A stretch of DNA of 64,000 bases from positions 328,130 to 392,129 of the forward strand of contig DJWO01000014.1 of assembly GCA_002441005.1 (NCBI GenBank), given 5' to 3'. Below, one piece after another: positions 47,445 to 57,639 of the stretch. The position numbers and the translations under genes were made by a program. Numbering within the stretch: position 1 is the stretch's first letter; every line of letters begins with the position of its first letter. The notes beneath the pieces were generated by a model, which saw only the letters and a program-made list of their open reading frames with translations, was not told the origin of the DNA and made no database searches. The stretch comes from Candidatus Aminicenantes bacterium UBA6228. GTDB taxonomy: Bacteria; Acidobacteriota; Aminicenantia; Aminicenantales; Saccharicenantaceae.

Positions 47445-48647
47445 TTAAGCTTTATTCAAGCGCCGCTTGAGAGCTCTGGTCAGAGCCGGGACGACGGTAA
47501 ACAGATCGCCCACAATCCCATAATCGGCAATCTGGAAAATCGGCGCTTCCGGGTCCTTATTGATGGCCACAATGACTTTGCTGGTTCTCATCCCTGCTTG
47601 ATGCTGAATGGCACCGCTGATTCCGCAGGCAAGGTAAAGGTCTGGCCTGACTGTTCTGCCCGTTTGCCCGACCTGATGGGCATAAGAAATCCAGCCGGCA
47701 TCCACGGCGGCGCGGGAAGCCCCAACTGCTCCTCCCAGAACTCCAGCCAGTTCGTGCAAGATGGCAAAACCTTCCGGCCCTTTTAAGCCCCGGCCGCCAG
47801 AAACGATAATCTTGGCATCAGCCAGATTAACCTCGTTCTTTTCAACTATCAGGTCGAGCACTTTGGAGGCTATCCGGCCCTCGGTCAGAACAGCTGGTTC
47901 ACGGATAATTTGCCCGGAGCGTGATTCATCTGGCTGCGGTGTTTCGAAGACATGATGTCTGACCGTCGCCATTTGCGGCCGGTAATCAGGGCATTTAATG
48001 GTGGCCATAATATTTCCACCAAAAGCCGGGCGAATCTGGAGCAACAGATTTGTTTCTTCTTCAATCTCCAGGCCGGTGCAATCAGCGGTCAGTCCGGTTC
48101 TTATATAAGTGGCTACGGCCCCGGCCAGATCCCGTCCGCGGGTACTGGCCCCCAGCAGGAAAATTTCCGGCCGGTATTTCTTAACCAGTTCAACCAGGAT
48201 TCGGGCATAGGGATCGGTGCGGTAGACCTCAAGAGTTGGATCATCCACCAGGAAAACTCTATCTGCTCCATAGGCAATAGCTTGCCTGGCTATTTCCTCT
48301 GCCTGGTAACCGAGGACACAGGCTGTCAGAGATGATCCCCTCTTATCAGCCAGTTTCCGGCCTTCACCCATCATCTCCCAGGAAATCGAGCCAGCCTGGT
48401 GGTTATATTGCTCGACCCAGACCCAGACTCCGCTGTATTCACCGGTTGGAACCTGTTCTTTCTTCTCAGCCTGAGGCAAACTTAAAGCCTCAACCGGACA
48501 CTCCGGTAGACAGGCCCCACAACCTGTGCAGGCTTCACTCACCACTGCTATATTTTCATTATCCAGGCTCAAAGCCCCGAAGGGACAGACCTGAAGACAG
48601 GAACCGCAGCCAGTACAGGTCTCTCTATTTATCTCCAGTAGAGCCAT
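47445..48647 (-). CDS. etfA: Electron transfer flavoprotein alpha subunit with an N-terminal 2x[4Fe-4S] ferredoxin domain (FixB-like)
   Basis: The N-terminus has CTGCGSCLQVCP and CTGCGACLPECP, followed by the ETF-alpha FAD-binding domain. Confidence 0.85.
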   Translation of the reverse strand: MALLEINRETCTGCGSCLQVCPFGALSLDNENIAVVSEACTGCGACLPECPVEALSLPQAEKKEQVPTGEYSGVWVWVEQYNHQAGSISWEMMGEGRKLADKRGSSLTACVLGYQAEEIARQAIAYGADRVFLVDDPTLEVYRTDPYARILVELVKKYRPEIFLLGASTRGRDLAGAVATYIRTGLTADCTGLEIEEETNLLLQIRPAFGGNIMATIKCPDYRPQMATVRHHVFETPQPDESRSGQIIREPAVLTEGRIASKVLDLIVEKNEVNLADAKIIVSGGRGLKGPEGFAILHELAGVLGGAVGASRAAVDAGWISYAHQVGQTGRTVRPDLYLACGISGAIQHQAGMRTSKVIVAINKDPEAPIFQIADYGIVGDLFTVVPALTRALKRRLNKA

Positions 48648-48658
48648 TAGTTTTCTCC

Positions 48659-49459
48659 TCAGATAATAATTTTTTCAGCCAGAAGTTTTTCAGCCAGAAG
48701 CTCAGCCTGTTGTTCAGCCGATTCCCCGGCAATTAGCTCACACTTTCCGGCTCGCGGCGGCGGGGTAGAAATTTTCATCACCCTGGTTGGTGAGCCGTTT
48801 AAACCAATGAGCTCAGGTTCAACTTCTAAATCTTTTGAAGTCCAGACGGGGATCTGGGCCTTCTGAGACCGTCTGATGCCGAGAATCGTCGGGTATCTCG
48901 GCTGGTTAATATCCTTGACGACTGTGATCAGACAGGGCAGAGTAGATTTGACCAGTTCCCGGCCCTCTTCCACCAGTCTTTCTACTTCAACTGTCTTCTG
49001 ATCGAAATCAAGGCTGGCTATCCGGCAGACGTAGGTTAGCTGATTGATTTGAAGCTGAGTGGCAATCCCCGGCCCGGTTTGCCCCGTATCACCATCAATC
49101 GCCTGCCGCCCGCAGAACATCAAATCAAATTCACCAATTTTCTTTATGGCCTTTGATAAAGTATAAGCTGTCGCCCAGGTATCAGCCCCGGCAAACTCCC
49201 GGTCATTTAAAAGGATAGCTTCATCGGCTCCCATAGCAATGGCTTCTTTCAAAGCACTGCTGGCCTGGGCAGGGCCCATGGTGATGACCGTTACCTTACC
49301 GCCAAATTTTTCTCTAATTCGCAAAGCTTCTTCAATGGCATAAGTGTCAAAAGGATTAATAATGCTTGGGACTCCTTCTCTAATAAGAGTCCCTCTTTCA
49401 GGATCAATTTTAACCTCTGTAGTATCCGGAACCTGCTTGATACAGACGATAGCATGCAC
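48659..49459 (-). CDS. etfB: Electron transfer flavoprotein beta subunit (FixA-like)
   Basis: 266 aa starting MHAIVCIKQVPDTTEVKIDPERGTLIREGV, typical of ETF-beta. Confidence 0.88.
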   Translation of the reverse strand: MHAIVCIKQVPDTTEVKIDPERGTLIREGVPSIINPFDTYAIEEALRIREKFGGKVTVITMGPAQASSALKEAIAMGADEAILLNDREFAGADTWATAYTLSKAIKKIGEFDLMFCGRQAIDGDTGQTGPGIATQLQINQLTYVCRIASLDFDQKTVEVERLVEEGRELVKSTLPCLITVVKDINQPRYPTILGIRRSQKAQIPVWTSKDLEVEPELIGLNGSPTRVMKISTPPPRAGKCELIAGESAEQQAELLAEKLLAEKIII

Positions 49460-49940
49460 TTTATTCCTCCGTTTTAAAGTCTTAAAAGTTGCCTGACCGG
49501 CAAAATCATACTCTAGCTTATGTCACTATCGATTAATTTCCCATTTCCAAAAACATAAACTTCCAGCTAGTGGCCAGCTTAAAATTTAAGCCAAAACAAG
49601 TTTAACTGATCAGTGTTAATTAAAAACCAGGCCTCGGCCTGCCCGAGTTCAAAAAATATAATGCAGATTGGAAAATAAGTCAAGATGAGTCTCTTTCAGG
49701 TTAAGATATCGTATCCAGCGATGACCGAAAGGCCTCTGAAGCCAACAGAGCAGTCTTCAAGGGAACTAAGTATCTTCTGCTGAAAATCAGGGGCGCAAGC
49801 CAAGCACGGTCAATTTTATGAATAACATGGGTTGCCTGATACTCTCCAAATATTTGGACATATTCAAATATATGGATTCAATAATTTGAAGATCTTGTTA
49901 AAAGACCTAACCCTTAGCCTGATAAAGGGGAAAATTAAGC

Positions 49941-49956
49941 TGGCACAATTCTTGCT
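49941..49956 (+). promoter_or_regulatory. Sigma-54 (RpoN) promoter TGGCAC-N5-TTGCT
   Basis: The -24/-12 consensus is perfect. It lies 37 bp upstream of the ATG at 49993. An NtrC-type sigma-54 activator is encoded at 20307-21698. Confidence 0.65.
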
Positions 49957-49992
49957 ACTACCATTATAGGGCAAATTTTTAAGGAGGGTTAT

Positions 49993-52851
49993 ATGAGAAA
50001 AGCTTTACTTTGTTTTCTCGCCATGATTTTTTTAGTTTCGTTTGGATTTTCCCAAACTGGACAGGTTGGGACCATCCAGGGCACAGTAGTCGATGAAGCT
50101 AATATGCCTCTTCCTGGTGTGACCGTTACTATCTCGTCTCCGGCTTTGATTATTCCTCAAATGAGCAGAGTTACCAGCACCAACGGTGCCTTCCGTTTCC
50201 CTTCGCTTTCCCCAGGTGAATATGAAGTTAAATTCGAATTGCAGGGTTTCAAGACTGTTATAAGAAAAGGCATTATAGTCACTGCTGGAGCTACTACAAC
50301 GCTGGATATTACTATGCCCATGGCTACTCTCGAAGAAGAAGTCATTGTTGAAGGAGTTTCGCCAGTCATTGACCGGGTAAAGACGACCAAGACAGTGGTA
50401 ATTGATCATATCTTTATAGCTTCTATCCCAGCTGTCAGGACACTTGGTAACTATTTCAATATGACTCCGGGTGTTACCAGTGACACTTCTCATGGAAGTA
50501 GCGTAAGAGACAATACTTATAACATTGATGGTGTTAACACTGCTGACCCTGTTGTTGGCACAGAAGCTCTTTTCTTTAGTGTGGATACTGTCGAGGAAAT
50601 TGGTGTTGAGACTGGCGGTCTGTCAGCAGAATACGGCCAGGTGCAAGGAGCAGTTATAAATGTTGTTAGCAAGTCGGGTGGAAATGAATTTCATGGGGCC
50701 GCGACTATGTATTACAGAGGTGAAGGCTTCCAATCAAATAATACTCGTGGAACTCCATTGGCTGGCCAAAAAAGCGGCTTTAAATACGAGATGGAGCCAG
50801 GAATTAATTTTGGTGGTCCAATTATCAAAGACAAACTCTGGTTTTTCCTGAACGCCAGTTTCTGGAAACAGGAAGCGATTGTTTCTGGGTATCCTTATGA
50901 TAAGCCTGGAAATGAAGTTGGGGTTGACCAGATGAGACCATATCCCTATCTGAAGTTAACCTTTCAGCCCAATCAGGATAACAAGTTGGTGCTGACATAC
51001 AGGTATTCTGACATAATAAGGCACCATCGTGGAGCCAGCAGATATATGACAGAAGACACTACCTGGGAACAGAAGACAGCCACCCATGTTGTGAGCCTTG
51101 ACTACACCAGATTCTTTGGGTCCAATTTCTTTATGGACGTTAAGGGTTTTGCCTATGTATCTCAATTTGACCTCCTGGCGAAAAACGAGAATCCTATGTT
51201 TTATGATGCGCTCACAGGCCGTTACAGCGGAAGTTATGGCTATGATGACCTTAATCCACGGGACAGATATTCAGCCCAGGTTAAAGGGACGCTGTTTTTA
51301 GACAATTTAATGGGAAATCACGAAATCAAGGGTGGAGTCGAATACATGGAAGGTGTTGGAGGCCGGGAGATGGTTTGGAGAAATGATCCTAGAAACCCGT
51401 ATGAAGATTACTATCTATATTTTATTGGGGATTATTTTGGTGGTACTGGGCCTTTATATGGCGAATGGTATGCTCCTTATAATGTTAAAGAAAAGAGCCG
51501 GAATCTTGGAGTATTTTTCCAGGATACCTGGGCTCCCAGCAGGAGACTTACCCTCAACTTGGGACTCAGATATGAAATGATGAAAGGAGTCATTCCTCCG
51601 CAGATGCAAGATGAAGGTGAACAAACGCTTCCTCTCCCCGAGCCCTACAATATTACCTTTAACAGAGCGGTAACTGAGACTATTACCACTTATACCTGGC
51701 ATACTTTTTCTCCTCGGCTTGGCCTCGTTTTTGATCTAACAGGTGACGGGAAAACTACTTTTAAAACAAGCTTTTCCAGATATTATCTTGCCAATCTGAC
51801 TCAGTGGATCAGCCGCGGAAATCCCAACGGTTTTGTTTACTTTGCTGGTTGGCTTTTCGAAAACGAAGAAACAGGGAAATTTGATTATCTAACCGAAGAC
51901 ACCCTTATTGGCTATGGTGCAGCTGGTCCAGAATATGTCCCAAAATATGGCTACAAAGACCACAAATTCAAAACTCCGTATACTGATGAGTTTGTTATAG
52001 GTATTGAAAGGGAAATCGTCAGAGACACCTCTTTTGGAGTCCGCTATATCAGGAAATGGTCCAGAAATAACATCGAAGATGCCAATGCCACCTACCTTGA
52101 TTTGGACACGCTCTTTGCTCAGGGGAAATTAGATGAGACTTGTTGGCTTTATTATGTTCCTGTCGAAGCTTATGACACATATGATGGCTCTACTCAAACA
52201 TTCTATAACCGAACTGAACTTATCCCTGTTGAAGAATGGTACATGATAAATCCTCCTGATGCCAACCGCGATTATGATGGCGTCGAGGTTACTGTGAATA
52301 AAAGATACTCTCACGGCTGGCAGATGCAAGCTTCTTATGTCTACCAGAAGTCAAGAGGTATGATTGCTACTGATTTTAATTCGACCTGGAGTGGTTCAAC
52401 ACTTTACGACAACCCCAATGCTCATATTAATATTTTCGGCAGGTTTCCCGATGAAAGAACTCACCAGATAAAACTTCAGGGGATGGTTCAGTTACCCTGG
52501 GGTGTAACCTTAGGTGGATATGCCAGGTTCCTGTCAGGCAGCAGATATACCAGAGGGATAAGAAGTCAAGATTTGGGGGTTTCGCTGGGGCAGGGTCCAA
52601 CGACAATTTATGCAGAACAGAGAGGTTCAAGACGACTCCCAGAGGTTGCCATACTCGATTTGCGACTTGAAAAGAAATTCCGGATATCTCGGACTTCTCT
52701 CGGTGTGTTTGTCGAGCTATTCAATGTCTTTAATGACAATAAAGCCACCAGCCTTTACACCATTTCCAGTAATCCTGGCATTAAATTTGAAACTGTTCAG
52801 TCCATTATGGATCCCAGAATACTCCGAATTGGTGCCCGCTTTGAATGGTAA
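49993..52851 (+). CDS. TonB-dependent receptor with an N-terminal carboxypeptidase-regulatory-like (CarbopepD_reg) domain
   Basis: 952 aa with a signal peptide. CarbopepD_reg: GTVVDEANMPLPGVTVTI...TNGAFRFPSLSPGEYEVKFELQGF. Plug motifs and a 22-strand-size barrel are present. The terminal residue is aromatic (W). Confidence 0.85.
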   Translation: MRKALLCFLAMIFLVSFGFSQTGQVGTIQGTVVDEANMPLPGVTVTISSPALIIPQMSRVTSTNGAFRFPSLSPGEYEVKFELQGFKTVIRKGIIVTAGATTTLDITMPMATLEEEVIVEGVSPVIDRVKTTKTVVIDHIFIASIPAVRTLGNYFNMTPGVTSDTSHGSSVRDNTYNIDGVNTADPVVGTEALFFSVDTVEEIGVETGGLSAEYGQVQGAVINVVSKSGGNEFHGAATMYYRGEGFQSNNTRGTPLAGQKSGFKYEMEPGINFGGPIIKDKLWFFLNASFWKQEAIVSGYPYDKPGNEVGVDQMRPYPYLKLTFQPNQDNKLVLTYRYSDIIRHHRGASRYMTEDTTWEQKTATHVVSLDYTRFFGSNFFMDVKGFAYVSQFDLLAKNENPMFYDALTGRYSGSYGYDDLNPRDRYSAQVKGTLFLDNLMGNHEIKGGVEYMEGVGGREMVWRNDPRNPYEDYYLYFIGDYFGGTGPLYGEWYAPYNVKEKSRNLGVFFQDTWAPSRRLTLNLGLRYEMMKGVIPPQMQDEGEQTLPLPEPYNITFNRAVTETITTYTWHTFSPRLGLVFDLTGDGKTTFKTSFSRYYLANLTQWISRGNPNGFVYFAGWLFENEETGKFDYLTEDTLIGYGAAGPEYVPKYGYKDHKFKTPYTDEFVIGIEREIVRDTSFGVRYIRKWSRNNIEDANATYLDLDTLFAQGKLDETCWLYYVPVEAYDTYDGSTQTFYNRTELIPVEEWYMINPPDANRDYDGVEVTVNKRYSHGWQMQASYVYQKSRGMIATDFNSTWSGSTLYDNPNAHINIFGRFPDERTHQIKLQGMVQLPWGVTLGGYARFLSGSRYTRGIRSQDLGVSLGQGPTTIYAEQRGSRRLPEVAILDLRLEKKFRISRTSLGVFVELFNVFNDNKATSLYTISSNPGIKFETVQSIMDPRILRIGARFEW

Positions 52852-52871
52852 GCCTTAAAGGCTGAAATGAA

Positions 52872-52918
52872 AAAGAGGGGAGGCGCTTCTTGAAAGTGCC
52901 TCCCCTCTTTTCTCTTTA
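52872..52918 (+). terminator. Rho-independent terminator (stem AAGAGGGGAGGC / GCCTCCCCTCTT, then a T-rich run)
   Basis: Seen directly in the sequence, 20 bp after the receptor stop. Confidence 0.7.
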
Positions 52919-52940
52919 TTATCAAGCCAGGAAGACAGCA

Positions 52941-53792
52941 ATGAAAAAATTAATCCAGCCTGTATTAATAGCTTTTCTTTTATGTCTGTTAATTCTGCCG
53001 GTTGTCTCAAAGGGCAAGCCGAAAAACATCATGCTTCTTTTTGACCTCAAAGATTACAATAAGGAAATAGATAATACTGTTGATCATTTTTTCAATAAGG
53101 TAATCAGCTCAGATGACCAGCTAATAGTTATGACCCCGGCCGGCAAGATGTTCAGCTATTCAAGCAAAACTATTTCTGCCTCACGACAGAAGGTTTCCAG
53201 CGAAATCAAAGATGCCTTGAAGAAGCATACTTCAGTCACCAGCTCCGATTACCAGAATATCTATAACCAGATGATGAGCATTGTAAATGATATCAGAGAC
53301 GGATCTGGTCTGGAGGATACTAAAAATCTAATTGCCGCCTATGAAAATAATCGTAAAGAGCTCAAGATGACCAGAAGAATTAATGAGGCTATGCTTCTGC
53401 AATTTTCTGAAGTTTTCAAAAGGTCTAGGCAGGTTACCGGTGATACCGATAATCAGATTTACCTTTTCTTCCAGGAGGAAATTAGACCCATCCCCGACAA
53501 GAACACCATGAACAACATCAGAGAAAATCCCCAATTATCCTTTGATGCCGCCAGAGTATTCTTTGAAGAAAGAACTGAAGAAGACTTTGATGTGGATAAA
53601 ATTGCCGAAGAATTTAAGAGTGCCGGGGTGACTTTTAATTTTGTCTATATTATTCCCAAGGATTTGCCGACTCAGAGATATCAGTTGGTTGATAACTCTG
53701 GAGATTTTTACAGTGCCATGTCTATTATTGCTGGCAAAACCGGTGGAAAAGTCGTCACTACCACCCAACCGCAGGAAATCTTTAAAGATTGA
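52941..53792 (+). CDS. Secreted hypothetical protein
   Basis: Signal peptide MKKLIQPVLIAFLLCLLILPVVS. I recognise no domain. I prefer the ATG at 52941 over the track start at 52890, which overlaps the terminator. Confidence 0.4.
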   Translation: MKKLIQPVLIAFLLCLLILPVVSKGKPKNIMLLFDLKDYNKEIDNTVDHFFNKVISSDDQLIVMTPAGKMFSYSSKTISASRQKVSSEIKDALKKHTSVTSSDYQNIYNQMMSIVNDIRDGSGLEDTKNLIAAYENNRKELKMTRRINEAMLLQFSEVFKRSRQVTGDTDNQIYLFFQEEIRPIPDKNTMNNIRENPQLSFDAARVFFEERTEEDFDVDKIAEEFKSAGVTFNFVYIIPKDLPTQRYQLVDNSGDFYSAMSIIAGKTGGKVVTTTQPQEIFKD

Positions 53793-53822
53793 TACCTGGT
53801 AAAAAAATATAAAGCTAAACTA

Positions 53823-54791
53823 CTATTTTTCAAACTGCTTTATAATGCTTTTTGCTATCTCTACCTGAGGGTCATCCTCCGGACTTAAGTCAACAAATTT
53901 CTTAAAATAGTTGATAGCTGTCTCCATTTCAGCTTTGTTCAGATAACAGTATCCCAGTTTGAGATATGATTTTGGCCACTTAGGATTAATCTCAATAGCT
54001 ATTTTGTAATAGGTAATCGCTTCATCAATCTTGCCAGAATTAAACAGAATTTCACCTATATTGTAAGGAAGGGCAGGATCAGAGCGGTCTAGACTGATGG
54101 ACATGTCAAAATACTTTCGTGCTTCTTCCAATTTCCCTTGATCCATATATAACTCACCGAGGCTGGCGTAAATTGAAGCCGCCATCTTATTTCCGGTTAA
54201 ATCAGGATATTTTTGGTTCAGCTTTTCCAGGACAAGTTCGAATTCCTTAATAGCTTTATCATATTCCTTCAACCTAACATAGCAATTTCCAATATTAACC
54301 CTGGCCTCATAGAGATCCGGCTGTAGTTCAAGAAATCTCTCGAACATAGCTATTGCTTCTTCATATTCTCCTTGTTCATAGAGGCTGATTCCTTTCTCAT
54401 ACACAGTTCTGGGATCATTTTCATCAAATCCTGTTGTCGCAGTTTTTTTAATCAGTTTGATTTCCTGTTCAGGGTTTTTTATGGCGCTTATCTGAAGCTG
54501 AGGGATTATGGTTGGATCATAGCCTTCTTTGGTGACAGTTATTCTGGCCACGGTTTTCCCGAGGCCAAGAAATGACCAAGCTCCATTTTTGTCGGTTGTA
54601 GTGGTCATGGTCAGATTGTGGACTAAAGATTCGAGAGTAACCGTAGCACCTGCAACCGGGTTGCCGTCCTGGTCCAACACCACCCCGTTTAATCTGGCCT
54701 GACCTCTACCTTCCTGAGCAGACAGCAAAACAGCTGAAAAGGACAGGAGTGGCAATAAGATCAATATTAACAAAACTTCTTTATTTCTCAT
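53823..54791 (-). CDS. Secreted TPR-repeat protein with an N-terminal CarbopepD_reg-like domain
   Basis: Signal peptide. GVVLDQDGNPVAGATVTL...TDKNGAWSF. Then about 5 TPR repeats. Confidence 0.6.
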   Translation of the reverse strand: MRNKEVLLILILLPLLSFSAVLLSAQEGRGQARLNGVVLDQDGNPVAGATVTLESLVHNLTMTTTTDKNGAWSFLGLGKTVARITVTKEGYDPTIIPQLQISAIKNPEQEIKLIKKTATTGFDENDPRTVYEKGISLYEQGEYEEAIAMFERFLELQPDLYEARVNIGNCYVRLKEYDKAIKEFELVLEKLNQKYPDLTGNKMAASIYASLGELYMDQGKLEEARKYFDMSISLDRSDPALPYNIGEILFNSGKIDEAITYYKIAIEINPKWPKSYLKLGYCYLNKAEMETAINYFKKFVDLSPEDDPQVEIAKSIIKQFEK

Positions 54792-55052
54792 TTTTTACTC
54801 CATCCTATTAATATTTTTACACTTTTGCCCATCCTGATACAAGCCTCGGTTTCGGTGAGCCCGAGCTGCTGGCGGCTTGCTATTTATTTATGACTTGTCT
54901 AAAATTTAGATTCATTTAGCCAGAAGCCAGTTGGTTTCCGACCTATGAATCCAGCCTTTCCTCCCGGCCAGCCAACCAGCCAGCAGCCGGAAGAGAAAAG
55001 CATTATAAGACTGAGAAAAAAATCTGGAATAAAAATCACAGGAGGAAAGCAA

Positions 55053-56243
55053 GTGAACGGAAAGAGATACGATTTTGATCAACCGCTTGACAGACGGAAT
55101 ACCTGTTCTCTTAAATGGGATTTTTGTCAGAAGGTGCTCGGAGTACCCGGAGTCATCCCGATGTGGGTAGCCGATATGGATTTTCCGGCCCCGCCGGAAG
55201 TGATAGAAGCCATCCAAAAAAGAGCGGAGCACGGAGTTTATGGTTATCCTTTTGTGCCCGATTCCTTCTGGACTTCAATCATTAACTGGATGAAAAGCCG
55301 CCACCAGTGGGAGATAAAACGTGACTGGTTAACCAGAGCACCTGGTGTTGTGCCTTCTCTCAATATTTGTGTCCAGACTTATACTGCGCCTGGAGATAAA
55401 ATTATTGTTCAGAGCCCGGTTTATTACCCATTTTTTTCAGCCGTCGAAAATAATGGCCGGCGGATTGTGAAAAACCCTCTCATTTATAGAGACAACCGCT
55501 GGCAGATGGATCTTACTGATCTAAAAAGCAAGATAGACGAGCGCACCAGGCTGCTTATCCTGTGCAGTCCGCATAATCCAGTTGGGCGGGTCTGGGACAG
55601 GGACGAACTGGAAGTCCTGGCTGAAATTATATTAGAGAATGACCTGCTTCTTATTTCGGATGAAATCCATGAAGAGCAGGTCTACCGGGGTCATCGGCAT
55701 CTGCCGGTCGCGTCTCTCTCGCCAGAAATCGCTGACCGGACAATTACCCTGACTGCGGCCAGTAAAGCCTTTAACATTGCCGGCCTGACCACCTCCATAG
55801 CTGTTATTCCCAACCGGAAGCTGCTTAACCTTTTTAATATCCAGCTGGAAAACCTGGGGCTGACTACCGGTAACATCTTCGGCCTCACAGCCTTAGAGGT
55901 AGCCTATACTCAGGGTGGTGCCTGGTTAGACCAGCTGGTAGAGTATCTTGAAGGCAATATGGATTTTGCTTCTGGCTTTTTTGCCGAACGCCTGCCGCTA
56001 ATAAAATTTCTAAAGCCTGAAGGCACCTATCTGGCTTTGCTTGATTGCCGGTCACTTGGGCTATCTCAACCAGAACTCAATGGCTTTTTCCTCAAAAAGG
56101 CCCGGGTTTATTTTGATGAAGGCCCGATTTTTGGCGAGGAACTGGTTGGTTTTGAGCGGATGAACTTAGCCTGTCCCCGCCAGCTATTATCTGAAGCCCT
56201 GCAGCGGATAGAAAAAGCTGTAGCTGAGCTTAAAACCAGATAA
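55053..56243 (+). CDS. PLP-dependent C-S lyase/aminotransferase of the MalY/PatB family
   Basis: DFDQPLDRRNTCSLKWDF and MWVADMDFPAPPEV motifs are present. Lys is in the expected TAASKAFN context. I prefer GTG 55053 (RBS GGAGGAAAG) over the track's upstream start. Confidence 0.75.
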   Translation: MNGKRYDFDQPLDRRNTCSLKWDFCQKVLGVPGVIPMWVADMDFPAPPEVIEAIQKRAEHGVYGYPFVPDSFWTSIINWMKSRHQWEIKRDWLTRAPGVVPSLNICVQTYTAPGDKIIVQSPVYYPFFSAVENNGRRIVKNPLIYRDNRWQMDLTDLKSKIDERTRLLILCSPHNPVGRVWDRDELEVLAEIILENDLLLISDEIHEEQVYRGHRHLPVASLSPEIADRTITLTAASKAFNIAGLTTSIAVIPNRKLLNLFNIQLENLGLTTGNIFGLTALEVAYTQGGAWLDQLVEYLEGNMDFASGFFAERLPLIKFLKPEGTYLALLDCRSLGLSQPELNGFFLKKARVYFDEGPIFGEELVGFERMNLACPRQLLSEALQRIEKAVAELKTR

Positions 56244-56260
56244 TCAGCTATAATTGACTT

Positions 56261-57001
56261 ATGAAATTAGCCTATAAAACCACTTCTGATCTCCTCGGCC
56301 GTTCACGCTTTTCAGTTATTCTGGTCAATCCCCAGAATCAGGAAAACATCGGGCTGGTAGCCAGAGCCATGAGCAACACCGGTTTTTCTCAACTGAGAAT
56401 TGCTGGCCTCGAAAAATTTGACCCGGAAGCCTTCCGCCCGGCAGTTCATTCGACTGACATCCTCAGAAAAGCTGCCTTCTATCCCGATCTGGCTGAAGCC
56501 GTAGCTGATCTTAATCTTGTTCTGGCTTCAACTGTCCGCCAGAGAAAAGCTTTCCGGCTGATGACCATTGATGAGGCCGTAGAAAAAATCAAGCTTTTCC
56601 CGCTGAGCATTAAAATCGGGCTGGTTTTCGGAAATGAACGGACAGGCTTAAGTGATGTTGAGCTCAGGCAGGCTAATTTCGTTTATTTTATTCCTCAGGT
56701 TGGCCGGCAGCCTTCATATAACCTGGCCGCAGCCGTTTTGATCACTCTTTACACTCTTTTCCGTCAATCAGCTCCAGAGATGGTGGCCGGGCTGCCGCCG
56801 CCCGTCCGCCATAAAGAACAGGAGGACTGCCTTAAAATCATCCTGTCCAAACTGGAGAAGAATGGCTTCATTCACGAAACCAACCGCCAGCATGCGACTA
56901 ATTTGCTCTATGACCTGTTTGGCCGCCTGACTCTTTCCGAACGGGACAGACGGTTTCTGACAGCTATCTTTAATAAAGGCCTTAAAAACAAGCCAAACTG
57001 A
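56261..57001 (+). CDS. TrmH/SpoU-family RNA 2'-O-methyltransferase
   Basis: SPOUT motifs: VILVNPQNQENIGLVARAM and LVFGNERTGLS. Confidence 0.7.
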   Translation: MKLAYKTTSDLLGRSRFSVILVNPQNQENIGLVARAMSNTGFSQLRIAGLEKFDPEAFRPAVHSTDILRKAAFYPDLAEAVADLNLVLASTVRQRKAFRLMTIDEAVEKIKLFPLSIKIGLVFGNERTGLSDVELRQANFVYFIPQVGRQPSYNLAAAVLITLYTLFRQSAPEMVAGLPPPVRHKEQEDCLKIILSKLEKNGFIHETNRQHATNLLYDLFGRLTLSERDRRFLTAIFNKGLKNKPN

Positions 57002-57075
57002 TTCTGCCCTCAGACTGGATTGAATAAATTTTTACTCTCTTTATAATCTGATGTATTTTATAAGCAGAGGTTGTT

Positions 57076-57474
57076 ATGGATAAAGAAAAAAGATTTGTCC
57101 TGGGCCTGGTCATCATTGCTGTTATCAATCTGTTTGCCGCAGTGATGACCATTTCCTTCTGGTTGGGGCATCTGCTGTCCAACCGCTTTCCCAAGACTCT
57201 GCCTGTCCCCGACAATCTATATAATGCCTTTGCTTTGCCTGACCTTATTCTCGCTGTCTTTTTGATTACAGCTTCATTTGGACTTCTCCGTTTCAAAAAA
57301 ACCGGTTATGTTTTTGCCCTGATTGGCAGTGGAATGTGGCTGTTTGATTCTTTGCTGGTAACTGTCCTGACCGGCTTTTATAAATTCGCGGTCGTTCTGC
57401 CCAGCCTGATATACTGCCTCTGGTCAATTTTTTACTTATGGAAAAAGCGGGAAATTTTTGAGCTCTTTGCCTGA
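57076..57474 (+). CDS. Small integral membrane protein (hypothetical)
   Basis: 132 aa with 4 predicted TM helices. Confidence 0.35.
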   Translation: MDKEKRFVLGLVIIAVINLFAAVMTISFWLGHLLSNRFPKTLPVPDNLYNAFALPDLILAVFLITASFGLLRFKKTGYVFALIGSGMWLFDSLLVTVLTGFYKFAVVLPSLIYCLWSIFYLWKKREIFELFA

Positions 57475-57639
57475 TGCTCAGAGCTAAACTGTTTGTTGAG
57501 CTTGATCAGGCCCTAAAAAAATATTTGCCTTTCCCCGCCAGGATAAAGATAATTTAGGCTATTGCCTGAGGATTTAAGTCAGGTGTCAGTAGTTTCTGGG
57601 CCACCCTGACCAAACCACCTGATGACTGGAAAATGAATA

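Noticed and set aside
54945-55052. N-terminal extension of the PatB/MalY-like lyase ORF
   Set aside because: Homology starts at the GTG at 55053, preceded by GGAGGAAAG. The upstream part is low-complexity (PGQPTSQQPEEKS).
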